From Thermoanaerobaculia bacterium (GTDB lineage Bacteria > Acidobacteriota > Thermoanaerobaculia > UBA5066), in contig JAXLQV010000001.1 of NCBI GenBank assembly GCA_046331465.1, forward strand, positions 671,210-735,209: 64,000 bases of DNA. The letters run 5' to 3'. The position numbers and the translations under genes are program-made. The notes below the pieces were generated by a model, which did not search any database, was not told the origin of the DNA, and saw nothing but the letters and a program-made list of their open reading frames with translations. The first letter of the stretch is position 1. The number at the start of each line of letters is the position of its first letter. This document shows positions 8,826 to 18,894 of the stretch, one piece after another.

Positions 8826-9701
8826 TCAGCCGGGAGGGCTCCCCGCGGAAGCCGCCGCCCCCTCCGGCCGGGAGCGGTTGTAGGCGTGGGTCAGGGCGAG
8901 GGCGAAGAGGGCCGAACCGGCTCCGAGCGCGGAGTTCCAGGGCGGCGGGGCCGCGAGCGCGAGGCGGATGAAGACGGTCGCGACCGTGAAGCCGGAGTTC
9001 CGGAAGAAGACGGCGTACGTCGAGGAGTGCCGGAGCGAGACGAGGACGATGAGGACGTCGCTGAAGACGAGGACGGTGTAGAAGCCCGCGAAGACCGAGA
9101 ACGTCGGGAGGTCGGCGAGGGCGCGGTGCGCGTCGATCCCGGCGATGACGGCGAGCGCGACGAAGAGGAGGAGGCCGATCGCCTTCTTCTCTGAGACGAA
9201 GTCCCTCTGCTCTCCGCTGTCGGACGTGATCGGCCGGTGGCGCTGCGCCCGGGAGAAGGCGCAGAGGAGGACGAAGACGGCGAGCGCCCCGGTGGCGTCG
9301 GAGACCATCGGGAGGAGGCCGGCCCGGACGTTCTCCCACGCGATCGGCTCGCCGAACTCCTTGAAGCCGTGGAACGTCTCCCGGAGGAGGATGAGCGAGA
9401 GGATCTCGAACTGCTTCCCGAGCGAGTCGGAGAAGGAGTGGCTCAGGCTGAAGATGAGCGACACGACCTCGAGGAGGAGGAGGAGCGTGAAGGCGACGTC
9501 GACGGCGTAGAAGTGCTTCGCGGGGAGGCGCGCCGAGAGGGAGTCCGGGAGGAGGCCGAGCCTGCGGAGCTCGATGAGGAGGAGCGCGGCGGCGAAGGCG
9601 GCGACGAGGAGCGTGCCGATCGCCCGCTTCGTCCGCGCCGACTCCCATCCTCGCTCGAGGGCGTCGAAGGTTCGCGTGGAGGCGGCGAGGAGGCCGTTCA
9701 A
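8826..9701 (-). CDS. hypothetical polytopic membrane protein
   Basis: 291 aa with about 7 hydrophobic helices and a non-biased composition. In an operon after the DUF169 gene. Confidence 0.45.
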   Translation of the reverse strand: MNGLLAASTRTFDALERGWESARTKRAIGTLLVAAFAAALLLIELRRLGLLPDSLSARLPAKHFYAVDVAFTLLLLLEVVSLIFSLSHSFSDSLGKQFEILSLILLRETFHGFKEFGEPIAWENVRAGLLPMVSDATGALAVFVLLCAFSRAQRHRPITSDSGEQRDFVSEKKAIGLLLFVALAVIAGIDAHRALADLPTFSVFAGFYTVLVFSDVLIVLVSLRHSSTYAVFFRNSGFTVATVFIRLALAAPPPWNSALGAGSALFALALTHAYNRSRPEGAAASAGSPPG

Positions 9702-9711
9702 GGCGCCGTTC

Positions 9712-10443
9712 TCACGCGGCCTCGACGCGGCCGAGCTCCTCGATCCTCCGCTCCGCGGCCCCGGGCCGCTCCTCGCGCGCGCCGCCCGCCCCGTGGTCGA
9801 GGGCGTGGAGGATGCCGACGAGACGGTGGAACGGGACGCCGAGGAGGAGCTCGTCCTCGCCGAACGGCGCGAGCCTCCGGGCGCCGAAGTCGAGGAGGGA
9901 AAGGCCGACCTCGCCGGTCACGAGGGGATACGTCACGCCGGTCCGGCAGGCCGGCCCGGTCAGCTCGGCGCGGATCGAGGCGCCCTCGAGGAAGGACGCG
10001 AGCCCGGCGAGCCGGTGGAGCGACCCGGGAGGACCGACGAACAGGACGACGTCGGGCCGGAGGGCGGCCGTGGCGAGCGGCGCGAAGACGACGGCGCGGG
10101 CCATGCCGAGGGGAGGCGGGACGATCCCCTGGCTCCGGTGGAGCGCGGCCCGGGAGGCGTAGACCTTCTCCTTCCCGACGAGGAAGTCGACGAGGCGCTC
10201 CTTCCCCTCGGGCGGCAGCTGTCCGAGGCCGAGGCTCACGAGCCCCCCGGGGCAGCCGCAGGTCTCGGCCGAGATCGTCACCGTCTCTCCCCGGCTCGCC
10301 CTCCGGAGCGCCTGGCAGACGGATGCCCGCCCGGCGACGGACGGCTCTCCGGCCGCCGCCGTCCCTTCGAACGACACCGCGACGGGCTCCGTTTCGAGAT
10401 CGAGCTCCTTCGTCAGCCGCCCGGACCACGCCTGCCAGTACAT
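9712..10443 (-). CDS. DUF169-like conserved hypothetical protein
   Basis: 243-aa cytoplasmic-looking protein (MYWQAWSGRLTKELDLETEPVAVSFEG...CGCPGG...) of the size and look of DUF169. The assignment is tentative. Confidence 0.5.
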   Translation of the reverse strand: MYWQAWSGRLTKELDLETEPVAVSFEGTAAAGEPSVAGRASVCQALRRASRGETVTISAETCGCPGGLVSLGLGQLPPEGKERLVDFLVGKEKVYASRAALHRSQGIVPPPLGMARAVVFAPLATAALRPDVVLFVGPPGSLHRLAGLASFLEGASIRAELTGPACRTGVTYPLVTGEVGLSLLDFGARRLAPFGEDELLLGVPFHRLVGILHALDHGAGGAREERPGAAERRIEELGRVEAA

Positions 10444-10519
10444 CGGCTCCTCCTTCGCGCGCCGTCCCGTCTCTCAACGTGGGCGGGAGGCGGCGGCCCG
10501 TCAAGGAGCCCGGAACGAT

Positions 10520-11746
10520 TCACTTCTTCACGCGCGCGAGGAGCTCCTTCACGGCGTCCCTGTGGACGAGGAAGGCGAGCGTCTTGAGCTTCACGTAGTC
10601 CTCGTGGAAGAAGTAGTAGCCGGGGTGGTCGTTGTTCCAGGCGCTCGACCAGGAGTCCTTCACGAGGAACCACTCCTTCCCGCCGTGCGTCGTCCAGCCG
10701 ACGACGTGGAGGTCGTGGTCGTCCGTCGTCGTGCCGTTCGCGAAGCGGAACTGGCGGGCCGCCTCGTCGAGGAACGCCGAGGGGACGTCCCACGTCGGGA
10801 CGACGGCGATCCCGGGAGGGCCGACGGAGTAGCCCGGCTCGCTCATGTCGCTCGCCACGACGACCGTGAAGCCGCCCCGGAGCGCTCCCTTGATGGCGCC
10901 GAGGAAGGCGTCGAGCGGGACGTTGACGTACTCCTTCCCGTGCCACCAGTTGTCGGGGACGGCGTACTCCGCCTTCTCCCAGTACGGCTTCTCCATCGTG
11001 GAGAGGAAGGCGACGTAGTCGTCGGGGTTCAGGCGGACGACCTTCGCGAGGTACTCCTGCGGCGTCAGCGCCTGCCCGTCGACGACGACCTTCTCCGGCG
11101 GGGCGCCGAGGTGGTGGTCGAGGATCGCGCGGACCGTCGAGACGACCTGGGCCTCGTTCCACGCCCCCGCGGCTTTCACGCCGTCGAGGTACGCCCTGAT
11201 CTCGGCGTAGACGGTCGACTCGTGGTCGTGGTCCTTCCTCCCCTCCGTCAACCCCGTGTAGGCCTCGGCCGGGACCGCGCCGTGCTCGCGGAGGGCCCGG
11301 AGGACGGCCGCCGGCTGCGACCCCTCGCCGTAGACGGACGTCCCGCGCGACCGCACCCACCCCTTCGCCTTCTCGACGTGCTCCCAGTAGACGGTGTGGA
11401 GGGCGGAAAGCCGCAGCTCGCGCTTCGTCGTCCGGTAGACCTCGGACTCGAGGAACGACGTCGTCGAGAAGCACCAGCACATCCCCGAGAGCCCCTGGCA
11501 GACGGACGGCTGGTGCCAGGCCTTCGTGAACTCCGACACGGCCTTCGGCGCGTCGACCGCCGAGAAGTCGACCCACATCCTCTTCTTCGGCGCCGTCTCC
11601 TCGGGCCTGCGCACCTCGGCCTTGATGGCGTCGTACTTCGCGTCCTTCCGTTCCGCGAAGACGACCGTGTCGCGGCGCTCCTCGGCGGGGAGGGAGAAGG
11701 CAGGAAAAGCGGTCGCGGCGACGACGAGGAAGGCGATGGTCCTCAT
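10520..11746 (-). CDS. C1B-family cysteine peptidase (aminopeptidase C / bleomycin-hydrolase-like) with a signal peptide
   Basis: ATG at 11746 with GGAGGA upstream. Signal MRTIAFLVVAATAFPAFS. Catalytic Gln/Cys block CQGLSGMCWCFSTTSFLESE and His/Asn block HVVGWTTHGG..WFLVKDSWSSAWN..GYYFF. Confidence 0.7.
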   Translation of the reverse strand: MRTIAFLVVAATAFPAFSLPAEERRDTVVFAERKDAKYDAIKAEVRRPEETAPKKRMWVDFSAVDAPKAVSEFTKAWHQPSVCQGLSGMCWCFSTTSFLESEVYRTTKRELRLSALHTVYWEHVEKAKGWVRSRGTSVYGEGSQPAAVLRALREHGAVPAEAYTGLTEGRKDHDHESTVYAEIRAYLDGVKAAGAWNEAQVVSTVRAILDHHLGAPPEKVVVDGQALTPQEYLAKVVRLNPDDYVAFLSTMEKPYWEKAEYAVPDNWWHGKEYVNVPLDAFLGAIKGALRGGFTVVVASDMSEPGYSVGPPGIAVVPTWDVPSAFLDEAARQFRFANGTTTDDHDLHVVGWTTHGGKEWFLVKDSWSSAWNNDHPGYYFFHEDYVKLKTLAFLVHRDAVKELLARVKK

Positions 11747-11889
11747 GGGGTCCTCCGGAGGCGAAGTCTGGCGCCACCGGGACCCCTCCGTCCATCGAAG
11801 GGCTCCGAGGCGGTCTCGGCGCGCTTTACTCCGGGCGCCCCGATCGGGGATCCTCCCGCCAAGCCGGAACACCGGAACAGGAGGTCCCG

Positions 11890-12450
11890 ATGGTCCCGAT
11901 CACCTCGCTCTGGATCCCGATCCTCGTCTCGGCGGCCCTCGTCTTCGTCGTCAGCTCCGTCATCCACATGCTCCTGCCGATCCACAAGGGGGACTTCCGG
12001 AAGCTCCCGAAGGAGGACGAGGCGCTCGAGGCGATGGGGAGGCTCGGGCTCCCGCCGGGGGACTACATGTTCCCGCAGGCCTCCGCCATGAGCGACCTGA
12101 AGGACCCGGCCTTCCTCGCGAAGATGGCGAAGGGACCGGTCGGGACGATGACGATCGTGCCGAGCGGGCCGCCCGCGATGGGGGCGAGCCTGGGGCTCTG
12201 GTTCGTCTACTGCGCCGTCGTCGGCCTCTTCGCGGCCTACGTCGCCGGGCGCGCCCTCGCCGTCGGGGCGCACTACCTCGCCGTCTTCCGCTTCGCGGGG
12301 GTGACCGCCTTCGTCGGCTACTCGCTCGCGCTCTGGCAGAACACGATCTGGTACAGGCGCTCCGCCCTCACGACGCTGAAGTCGACGGTCGACGGCCTCG
12401 TCTACGCCCTCTGCACGGCGGGCGTCTTCGGGTGGCTCTGGCCGAGGTAG
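11890..12450 (+). CDS. hypothetical membrane protein
   Basis: RBS GGAGG precedes the ATG. 186 aa with 4 predicted TM helices. Confidence 0.45.
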   Translation: MVPITSLWIPILVSAALVFVVSSVIHMLLPIHKGDFRKLPKEDEALEAMGRLGLPPGDYMFPQASAMSDLKDPAFLAKMAKGPVGTMTIVPSGPPAMGASLGLWFVYCAVVGLFAAYVAGRALAVGAHYLAVFRFAGVTAFVGYSLALWQNTIWYRRSALTTLKSTVDGLVYALCTAGVFGWLWPR

Positions 12451-12478
12451 CGGGGAGGCCGGCCCGGGGGGCGCGGCG

Positions 12479-12817
12479 TCAGAAGCTCGCGAGGGCCTCG
12501 GCGCGGTCGGCGTGGATCTCGAAGACGGCGGCGAGCGCGGTCAGCTCGAGGAGCTTCATGAGCCTCGGCCCGACGTCGAGGAGCTTCATCCGCCCCCCCA
12601 GGTGTCTCTGGGTCAGCGTGAGCGCCCTTACGAGCGAGCCGAGGCCCGTGGAGTCGACGGTGCGGAGCCGTCCGCAGTCGACCAGGATCCGCACCTTCCC
12701 CGCCTCGAGGATCTCGGTCACCGCCTGACGGAAGAGCGACTCGGGCTCGCCGATGACGAAGTCGCCCTCGAGGGCGATCACGGTCACGTGGCCTTCGTCG
12801 CAGACGTCGAGCTTCAT
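12479..12817 (-). CDS. STAS-domain anti-sigma-factor antagonist (SpoIIAA/RsbV-like)
   Basis: 112 aa. LRTVDSTGLGSLVRAL carries the STAS phosphorylatable Ser/Thr region (DSTGLG). Confidence 0.7.
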   Translation of the reverse strand: MKLDVCDEGHVTVIALEGDFVIGEPESLFRQAVTEILEAGKVRILVDCGRLRTVDSTGLGSLVRALTLTQRHLGGRMKLLDVGPRLMKLLELTALAAVFEIHADRAEALASF

Positions 12818-12903
12818 CGGATGACCCGCGGAGTCTCCCAGAAGAGGAGCGGGAAATCGAGGGTCTCCCGCGGGGCCTGGAGGGGCCGCTACACTCCGCC
12901 GCC

Positions 12904-13539
12904 ATGTCGCTCCTCCTCGCCGGCCTCGACGACTACCTGCTGTCGGTCCTCCCGCCCCGCGACGCGCTCCTCGCGCGGATGGAGGAGGACGCGGCGCGGC
13001 GGGGGATCCCGATCGTCGGGCCGGCCGTGGGCCGTCTCCTCTCCCAGCTCGCGCGCCTCGCGGGGGCCCGGCGCGTCTTCGAGCTGGGGAGCGCGATCGG
13101 CTACTCGACGATCTGGCTCGCCCGCGCCGTCGGGGACGGCGGCCGCGTCTTCTACACCGACGCCTCGGAGGAGAACGCCGCCGAGGCCCGCCGGAACCTC
13201 GAGGAAGCGGGCGTCGCGGACCGCGTCACGCTCCTCGTCGGAGACGCCCTGGCCTCGCTCGACGCCACGGACGGCGAGCTCGACCTCGTCTTCAACGACG
13301 TCGACAAGGAGGGGTACCCCGACGTCCTCCGGCGCGCCGTCCCGAGGCTGCGCCCCGGCGGTCTCCTCGTGACCGACAACGTGCTCTGGGACGGGGCGCT
13401 CCGGCTCCCGGCGTGCGAGGACGACGCCGAGACCGCGGCGATCCGCGAGTTCAACCGGCTCTGCTACGCACACCCCGACCTGGAGGTGACGATCGTGCCG
13501 CTGCGCGACGGCGTGTCGGTCGCGCGCCGGATCCGCTGA
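12904..13539 (+). CDS. class I SAM-dependent O-methyltransferase (caffeoyl-CoA OMT / YrrM-like)
   Basis: Motifs VFELGSAIGYSTIWLA (motif I) and LDLVFNDVDKEGY. Confidence 0.75.
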   Translation: MSLLLAGLDDYLLSVLPPRDALLARMEEDAARRGIPIVGPAVGRLLSQLARLAGARRVFELGSAIGYSTIWLARAVGDGGRVFYTDASEENAAEARRNLEEAGVADRVTLLVGDALASLDATDGELDLVFNDVDKEGYPDVLRRAVPRLRPGGLLVTDNVLWDGALRLPACEDDAETAAIREFNRLCYAHPDLEVTIVPLRDGVSVARRIR

Positions 13540-13550
13540 AGGGGCGGGCT

Positions 13551-14099
13551 TCAGCCCCTGGGCCGGGTCTGACCCGGCGGCGGGGCCGCCGCGTTCTTCT
13601 CCTTCATCCGCGAGCGCATCTTCCCGAGGGAGATGTTGAGCGGGTTGTCGCGGTGGAGGAACGGGATCACGGGCGACTTCCTCGAGCCGATCTCGGCGCG
13701 GAGACGCTTGAGCCCCGGGTGCTTCGAGTCGAGCGCGAGCCCCTTCTCGAGGGCCTCGACCGCCTTGCGGCGGCTCTTCCCGGCCATCCAGACGCGCGCC
13801 ATGTTGTAGTAGGCGTCCGGGTTGTAGTGGTCCTTCTCGACGCCGAGCCAGCAGAACTCGGCGGCCTCCTTGATCCGGCCGCGGTGGAGGGCGAGGCAGA
13901 GGCCGTAGTAGGAGAGGAGCGGGCCCGACTGCCGGTGCTTCTCGCGGCTCAGGTTGCGGTAGGCCTCGGCGAGGAAGATCAGCCCGCGTTCGTACTGGCC
14001 CGCCCGGGCCGCGGTGATTCCGAGCTCGACGAGGTCGTCGATGTTGCCGGTGCGCCACTCGGAAAGGACGGTTTCGGGGGAGAGCGTGTCGACGGCCAT
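13551..14099 (-). CDS. TPR-repeat protein
   Basis: Repeated W/LG-Y-A-F-P TPR-like helices (AEAYRNL, YYGLCLALHRGRIKEAAEFCWLGV, AYYNMARVWMAG). Confidence 0.55.
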   Translation of the reverse strand: MAVDTLSPETVLSEWRTGNIDDLVELGITAARAGQYERGLIFLAEAYRNLSREKHRQSGPLLSYYGLCLALHRGRIKEAAEFCWLGVEKDHYNPDAYYNMARVWMAGKSRRKAVEALEKGLALDSKHPGLKRLRAEIGSRKSPVIPFLHRDNPLNISLGKMRSRMKEKNAAAPPPGQTRPRG

Positions 14100-14134
14100 C
14101 GCTCCGACGAGTGTCTAAAGGTGTCGACGAGGTG

Positions 14135-15289
14135 TCAAGCGCTCGTCGTGACGCGGACGACGGCCGCGCGGAGGGCGCCGCCGTCGAGCCGGAGGGCCTC
14201 GATCCGCTCCGCCGCGGCCCGGAGGGCGGCCCGTGCGGCCTCCGCGTCGGCCCGGAGGGAGTTGGCTTCCGAGCCCCGGGCCGCGAGGGCGGCCCCCGCG
14301 GCCTCGAGCCTCCGCGACAGGAACTCGCCGGTCTCGGAGGCGGTCCTCGCGCCCCGGACCGCCTCGGACAGCGAGCGCTCGAGCTGGCCGCAGAGCCCCT
14401 CGAGGGCGCCGAGGCGCTCCGCCGCGCGCGCGCCGCGCTCGGCCGCCGCGGTCGCGGTCCCCGCGGACTCCTCGACGAAGGCGGCGACGCGGCGGGCGCC
14501 GGCGTCGTTCCGCCGGGCGGCCTCGGACAGCTCGCGCGAGAGGCGCCGGGCCTCCTCGAAGAGCCCGCGGAGCTCCGCGGCCGCTTCTTCGAAGGGCGCT
14601 TCCGTCCCTCCCGCGCGGTTCGCGAGGATCGAGATGTTCAGGCCGAGGAGGTTCGCGCGGTCGGCGAGGCCGGAGATGGAGGCGGCGAGGGGAGCGAGCT
14701 CGTCCGCGGTGCGCGAGAGCTGCGCGAGACCGTGCCCCAGGCCGCCGTCGAGGACGGCGACCCGCTCGAGCGAGGCCCGGAGGCTCCGGACGTCGTCGGC
14801 GAGCCGGGAGCGCTCGTCGGAGAGCCGCTCCGCCGTCGCGAGCGCCCGCTCGGCGCTCCCGTCGGCAGGCGGGAGGGGCGCCACCTCTTCCGGCTCGGGG
14901 ACCGGCGCCGCCGGCGGAAGCGGGGTCCGGAGGTGGTTCGCGGCGGCCGCGAGGGCCGGCCCGGAGGCCTCGACGCACTCCGCGAGGCGCTCGGCCGGGG
15001 CGACGAGCGCCGCGGCGAGCCGCTCCACCGCGTCGCCGGGAGTCGTCTCGGGAGGGGGGAGGGGACGATGCGGCTCCGCGGGCGGAACGGCCGGCTCCTC
15101 GTCCTCGCGCCACGGCCGGCCGGGCTCGGGTCCGGAGAGCGGCTCCGCCGACGACCGGACCCTCTCCGGCCGTGCGGCGAGGCGTTCCTCGAGCCTCCTC
15201 AGCCGCGCACGCTCGGTCCGGAGGGCGCTCCAGGTCGAGGCCAGGAGGACGAGAGCGGCCGCGAGAAGGAGGGCGAGGACGAGCTCCAT
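14135..15289 (-). CDS. coiled-coil protein with a degenerate methyl-accepting-chemotaxis-protein signalling-domain-like segment
   Basis: Has an N-terminal TM helix and long Ala/Leu/Glu/Arg heptad-like repeats. The segment NLLGLNISILANRAGGTEAPFEEAAAELRGL resembles the MCP signalling hairpin. The overlapping plus-strand ORF is R/G/E-rich junk. Confidence 0.4.
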   Translation of the reverse strand: MELVLALLLAAALVLLASTWSALRTERARLRRLEERLAARPERVRSSAEPLSGPEPGRPWREDEEPAVPPAEPHRPLPPPETTPGDAVERLAAALVAPAERLAECVEASGPALAAAANHLRTPLPPAAPVPEPEEVAPLPPADGSAERALATAERLSDERSRLADDVRSLRASLERVAVLDGGLGHGLAQLSRTADELAPLAASISGLADRANLLGLNISILANRAGGTEAPFEEAAAELRGLFEEARRLSRELSEAARRNDAGARRVAAFVEESAGTATAAAERGARAAERLGALEGLCGQLERSLSEAVRGARTASETGEFLSRRLEAAGAALAARGSEANSLRADAEAARAALRAAAERIEALRLDGGALRAAVVRVTTSA

Positions 15290-15342
15290 CCGGGTCGAAA
15301 GCGTACACCGCGGCGCCGCTCCCGCCTAAACTCGCGAGCCGC

Positions 15343-16518
15343 GTGACGACGACGCTCGCCCTCCGCCCCGGCCGCGACGACGCCGCCCGACGGCGTCACC
15401 CGTGGGTCTTCTCGCGGGCCCTCGCGGGGAGCCCGCCCCGCGACGCGGGCGAGGCCGAGCTCCGGTCCGCTTCGGGGGCGTTCCTCGGCCGCGGCTTCTC
15501 TTCGCCGCGCTCCTCCATCGCGGCCCGGCTCTGGCGGTTCGACGAGGCGCCTCTCGACGCGGCCTTCGTGCGCGGCCTCGTGGAGGCCGCGGCGCGGCTG
15601 CGCGAGCGCCTCGTCCCGCCCGACACCGACGGCTGCCGGCTCGTCCACGCCGAGGGGGACGGCCTCCCCGGCCTCGTCGTCGACCGGTACGCGGACGTCC
15701 TCGCCCTCCAGGCGACGACGGCCGGCACCGAGGCGGCGAAGCCCCTCTGGCTGCCCGCGCTCCGCGACCTCTTCCCGCGGGCCTCGATCCTCCAGCGGAA
15801 CGACCTCCCGAGCCGTCACGGCGAGGGGCTGCCGCTCGAGGACGAGCTCCTCGCCGGAGATCCTCCGGCGGGGCGCGTCCCGTTCCGCGAGAGGGGGATG
15901 ACGTTCCTCGCGGACCTCGCGGGGGGGCAGAAGACGGGGTTCTTCCTCGACCAGCGCGAGAACCGCCACCTCGTCCGCGGCCTCGGGGGGGGGAAGAGCG
16001 TCCTGAACCTCTTCTCCTACTCCGGGGCGTTCGGTGTCGCGGCGCTCGCGGGAGGCGCCTCCCGCGTGACGCACGTCGACGTCTCCGCGCCGGCCCTCGC
16101 CCTCGCGCGGGAGAACCACGCCGCGAACGGGCAGGACCTCTCGCGCGTCGAGACGGTCGCGGCCGACGCCTTCGAGGACCTCCGCGCGCGCGTGGCCCGC
16201 GGCGAGACGTGGGACGTCGTCGTCACCGACCCGCCCGCCTTCGCGAAGAAGACGCTCGACGTCGACCGCGCCTGCCGCGGCTACAAGGACGTGAACCGCC
16301 TCGCGCTGAAGCTCCTCGCGCCGGGCGGGCTCCTCCTCGCCTGCTCCTGCTCCGGTCCCGTCTCCGCGGACCTCTTCCAGAAGGTCCTCTTCGCCGCGTC
16401 GCTCGACGCGGGCGTCCCCGTGCGCCTCCTCGAGCGGCGCGGCGCCGGCCCGGACCACCCGGTCTCGATCGACTGCCCCGAGACCGAGTACCTGAAGGCG
16501 TTCCTCCTCTCCCGGTGA
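15343..16518 (+). CDS. rlmI: 23S rRNA (cytosine1962-C5)-methyltransferase RlmI-like (PUA/EEHEE N-domain plus class I MTase)
   Basis: A GTG start gives [47 protein letters not shown].FDE. This aligns residue-for-residue with the E. coli RlmI N-terminus ([27 protein letters not shown]...ARGAYSPASQIRARVWTFD). Also [13 protein letters not shown] and DPPAF. Confidence 0.8.
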   Translation: [391 protein letters not shown]

Positions 16519-17663
16519 CGGACGTCGTCCTGCTCGGCCCGGTCCCGCCCTGGCGGAGCGGCATCGCCGACCAGACGGTGCGGCTCGCACGCGCCTTGGC
16601 GCGGCTCGGCGCGCCTCCGCTCGTCCTCACCTTCTCGCGGATGTACCCGCGAACGCTCTACCCGGGGAAGGCCGACCGGGGCGAGGGGGCCTTCCCGGCC
16701 GACCTCGAGCTCCTCCCGATCCTCGACGGTCTCGACCCTCTCTCGTTCCGGCGCGCCGCCGAGGTTGCGGCGGCGCGGGGCGCGCGCCTCGCGGCGGCGG
16801 CGTTCTGGACTTCGGTCTTCGCGCCGCACCTCGCGCTCTTCCTCTCGTCTCACCGCGCCGAGGCGCCGGGGGCACTGCGGCTCCTCCTCTGCCACAACCT
16901 CGCCGACCACGAGGCCGGCGCCCCCCGGCGCGCCCTCGCCCGGCTCGCGCTCCGGCGGGCCGACGTCCTCGCCGTCCAGAACGCGGAGGACCTCGCGACG
17001 GCGCGGCGGGAGGTGCCCGAGGCGCGCGCCGTCCTCGTGCCGCACCCATCCGAGCCGGCCGCGACCGTTCCGCGCGAGGAGGCGCGCCGCCGCCTCGACC
17101 TGCCTGCCGGCGCGCCCGTCTTCCTCTTCAGCGGGCTCCTCCGGCCGTACAAGGGCTGGGACGTCCTCCTCGCCGCGTTCGCGGAGGTGCGCCGGGCGCT
17201 CCCCGAGGCGCTCCTCCTCCTCGCCGGCGAGCCGTGGGGCGAGGCGAAGGCGCTCGCGTCGCGCCCGGCGCCGGACGGGGTCCGTCTCTTCCTCCGCTTC
17301 CTGCCGGCCGAGGAGCGGGGGCTCCTCTTCGACGCCTGTGACGCGGTCGTCTGCCCCTACCGGCACGCGACCGGCTCCGGGATCGCGGCGGACGCCGTCG
17401 CGCACGGGCGGCCCGTCCTCGGGTCGGACGTCCCGGGGCTCGCGGTCGCCGTCGAGGAGGGGGTTTCCGGCCTCCTCGTCCCTCCGGGCGACGCGGGTGC
17501 CCTCGCCGCCGCGATGCTCCGCTTCGTCCGCGAGGGGCTCGGGCCGCGCCTCGCGTCCGGGGCCGCCGCGGCGGCCGCGCGGCTCTCCCCGGAGGCGCAC
17601 GCGAAGGCCGTCCTCGAGGCGGGGGGGATCGTCCCGGGAGGGCGCCCCGGCCCGCCCGGTTAG
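16515..17663 (+). CDS. GT4-family (group 1) glycosyltransferase
   Basis: GTG start overlaps the rlmI stop (GTGA). C-terminal GT-B sugar-donor-binding region (FLPAEERGLLFDACDAVVCPYRHATGSGIAADAVAHGRPVLGSDVPGL..VEEGVSGLLVPPGD) with the E-x7-E-like motif. Confidence 0.7.
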   Translation: MTDVVLLGPVPPWRSGIADQTVRLARALARLGAPPLVLTFSRMYPRTLYPGKADRGEGAFPADLELLPILDGLDPLSFRRAAEVAAARGARLAAAAFWTSVFAPHLALFLSSHRAEAPGALRLLLCHNLADHEAGAPRRALARLALRRADVLAVQNAEDLATARREVPEARAVLVPHPSEPAATVPREEARRRLDLPAGAPVFLFSGLLRPYKGWDVLLAAFAEVRRALPEALLLLAGEPWGEAKALASRPAPDGVRLFLRFLPAEERGLLFDACDAVVCPYRHATGSGIAADAVAHGRPVLGSDVPGLAVAVEEGVSGLLVPPGDAGALAAAMLRFVREGLGPRLASGAAAAAARLSPEAHAKAVLEAGGIVPGGRPGPPG

Positions 17664-17710
17664 ACTCCGGCGAACCCGCGCGAGAGTCGCGCGGACGAGG
17701 ACCAGAGCGC

Positions 17711-18772
<1,062 letters not shown>

Positions 18773-18894
18773 GAACGCTCCTTTCCGGGTGGCTCGCGCG
18801 GCGAGCCCGGGCCCATACTTGTCGATAGCCGTTCACCGACCGGTTCTCTGACTGCGTCCGGGACGCGGCGCCGGGCGCCGCGTCGGAGGCGCCC

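Noticed and set aside
13539-13551. Possible terminator hairpin between the convergent O-methyltransferase and TPR genes
   Set aside because: Only a 6-bp stem (CTGAAG/CTTCAG) fits in an 11-nt gap, which is too weak to call.
14233-17663. Two long overlapping plus-strand ORFs (761 aa and 753 aa)
   Set aside because: The real genes are the C-terminal portions (rlmI from GTG 15343 and the GT4 glycosyltransferase from GTG 16515). The N-terminal 350-370 residues are R/G/P/A-rich and overlap the minus-strand coiled-coil gene.
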